This document shows, piece after piece, positions 62,324-64,000 of a stretch of 64,000 nt of DNA. Origin of the DNA: Massalongia carnosa (taxonomy: Eukaryota). Each line of letters begins with the position of its first letter. Within the stretch, counting starts at the first letter, position 1. Under the pieces are notes generated by a model. It was not told the origin of the DNA. It made no database searches and saw only the letters and a list, made by a program, of their open reading frames with translations. The stretch covers positions 2,542,001 to 2,606,000 of the forward strand of contig OZ287073.1 in the NCBI GenBank assembly GCA_965645245.1. The letters run 5' to 3'. Both the position numbers and the translations under genes were made by a program.

Positions 62324-64000
62324 CTATTTCACCTCGGTCACCTCACGTCTCTCGTATGACTGACGGAGACTCATGACATCAATCATTAAGCGTTTCTCTT
62401 GGGTCGTCCCGAGTTTTACTAAGCAGTCATATAGCGATTTTGAATCCGTGCAGAGAATCAGTGGAATGTCGGTTCCGAGAAGTTTGCTAAGGGTTGCCTT
62501 TATGACGGCCCCGATATCGAACCCATGTGCCATGCCATATAGCTCGGCGGCCAAGACACTCCGCGTCACCCTTTTACACTTAATTGATGACCAATGAATG
62601 ACGTTGGCTTTGTCAGTCGAGTCAGCAAGGCATATGACATAACCGATTTGTGATGAGAGGTCTCGGTTGTTGGTGAAGGATGAATCGGTGAAAACGACCA
62701 ACTGAAGGCTGTTTCGATCGAGTTTGACGTATTTCAGCCCTCGGGATTGATTGTCTATTTGCCACTTAAGTCGCTTGTTTAGGGCATTGATATCATCTGA
62801 GGAGAACTTTGTTGACTGAGCGGCATAAGATAGATCGAAAGAGGCCTCGAGCTGACAGATGGAAGCTGTGTATGCACCTCTAGCTCGTTGGGCCACATAT
62901 TGCTCTTTCGAAGACAACTTTTCTCGAACGATGCCTCGCGAGCTAGTTGTCGAGGCGTCATGATTCTTAACCAGCGAGATGCCTCCAACACGAGTTTCCT
63001 GGCTCAACATGATGTCTCTGCTCGGGGCGAGTCGGATCATGGTGCCATTGAACTTGATTGGGGTTTCGAGGATGAGATGAGTGCGCTCTTTAGTCATGAT
63101 CTTAGCCTTCTTGATAGCATCTTCTTCTTCGGCCGAAAAGGTGTCGCTTGCTAGCATAAGGGTGTCGTCAGATTGTAGGCCAACGATGCCAAAAGGCTCG
63201 GATTTGTAGAGTAGGCATGGATCGTAGGTTGACTCGGTCATGCCGAGTTTTCTAGTATGATGGGCATGATACGTGGCGAACCAATGATTGCCTGCTTCCG
63301 GGACGCCATAGAGAGGTTTTATGACTTTCAGGATGCAGTTGGATGGAGCTCCCATCATCGCGGTGAGTTCATGAGGCGGGCGGATGTAAAAGTCACGATT
63401 CAACTCGGAATTTGATTGAACATATGCCTGAGTGACGTCGCGAAGGTATAGCTTTGTTGACTCGTTTTGAAATGTTGCTGTGAGGCAGATGATAAGACGT
63501 TGACTGACTCGTTGAATTGTCGGTGACTGTGTCAGAACGAGGTCTTTATTGAGGTCATTGTAGGCCTGTACGACCAGACGTGATTTCTCGAAAGCCTTAT
63601 CGGTGCCAGGATTCTTTATTTCGTCAACAAACCTCAAGTTGAAAACGCGTGCGTCAGCTGGAACGTCTTCAGAATTTACGAGTTTGAATACACCTTTTTC
63701 TAGAAGTGCGGCGACTTCCTTTTGCCTCGATGAGGTGAATTGGGGTAATTTCGAGATGTCGTCATCATTATCTTCAGGAGTATCGATGACGAAGCAGATG
63801 TTGGAAGGCGTAGTGAAATTGACATGTTCGGGATGCTTTCTGGGTCTTCCACGGCCACGTTTGACTGGTGCTGATGGTGCTGATGAAGGTGAGGCAGTCG
63901 GGGCAATGATTCCCGAGACGAGGGGATTCGTAGGAGGGGTGTCTCTTGCATCGATCGAGGGAACATGTCCCGAGGTGCGAGGGTTAATAGATGAGGCATC
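62324..64000 (-). mobile_element. Copia-like RT-RNase H fragment, runs off the window
   Basis: [51 protein letters not shown]. Confidence 0.9.

Noticed and set aside
61629..64000. LTR at 61629 as the terminus of the 62324-64000 Copia
   Set aside because: Opposite orientation: its PBS points rightward on plus while the RT is on minus.

Overview
Fungal (filamentous ascomycete-type) repeat-rich accessory region with no core housekeeping genes, rRNA, tRNA or CRISPR seen. Most of the window is nested transposable elements. Two LTR retrotransposons look very young: a Copia (102-5307) and a chromodomain Gypsy (31091-37589), each with apparently identical LTRs and a perfect 5-bp TSD. There are also truncated Copia, Gypsy and LINE elements, a two-gene Tc1/IS630-type element, a Mutator with a 9-bp TSD, a MITE cluster and more than a dozen solo LTRs. 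Between them are five damaged accessory genes of immunity/conflict type: an ankyrin-zinc deaminase (HAE...CxxC), a PD-(D/E)xK-like protein with a coiled-coil tail, a HeLo-pseudokinase with MLKL-like motifs, a kinase-Sel1-ankyrin gene tail-to-tail with it, and a FunK1 kinase split by an inversion with inverted duplication. The best candidate for an undescribed system is the convergent HeLo-pseudokinase / kinase-Sel1-ankyrin pair (18.3-23.7 kb), which resembles a RIPK-MLKL necroptosis module. All family calls are from motifs read by eye; no searches were run.
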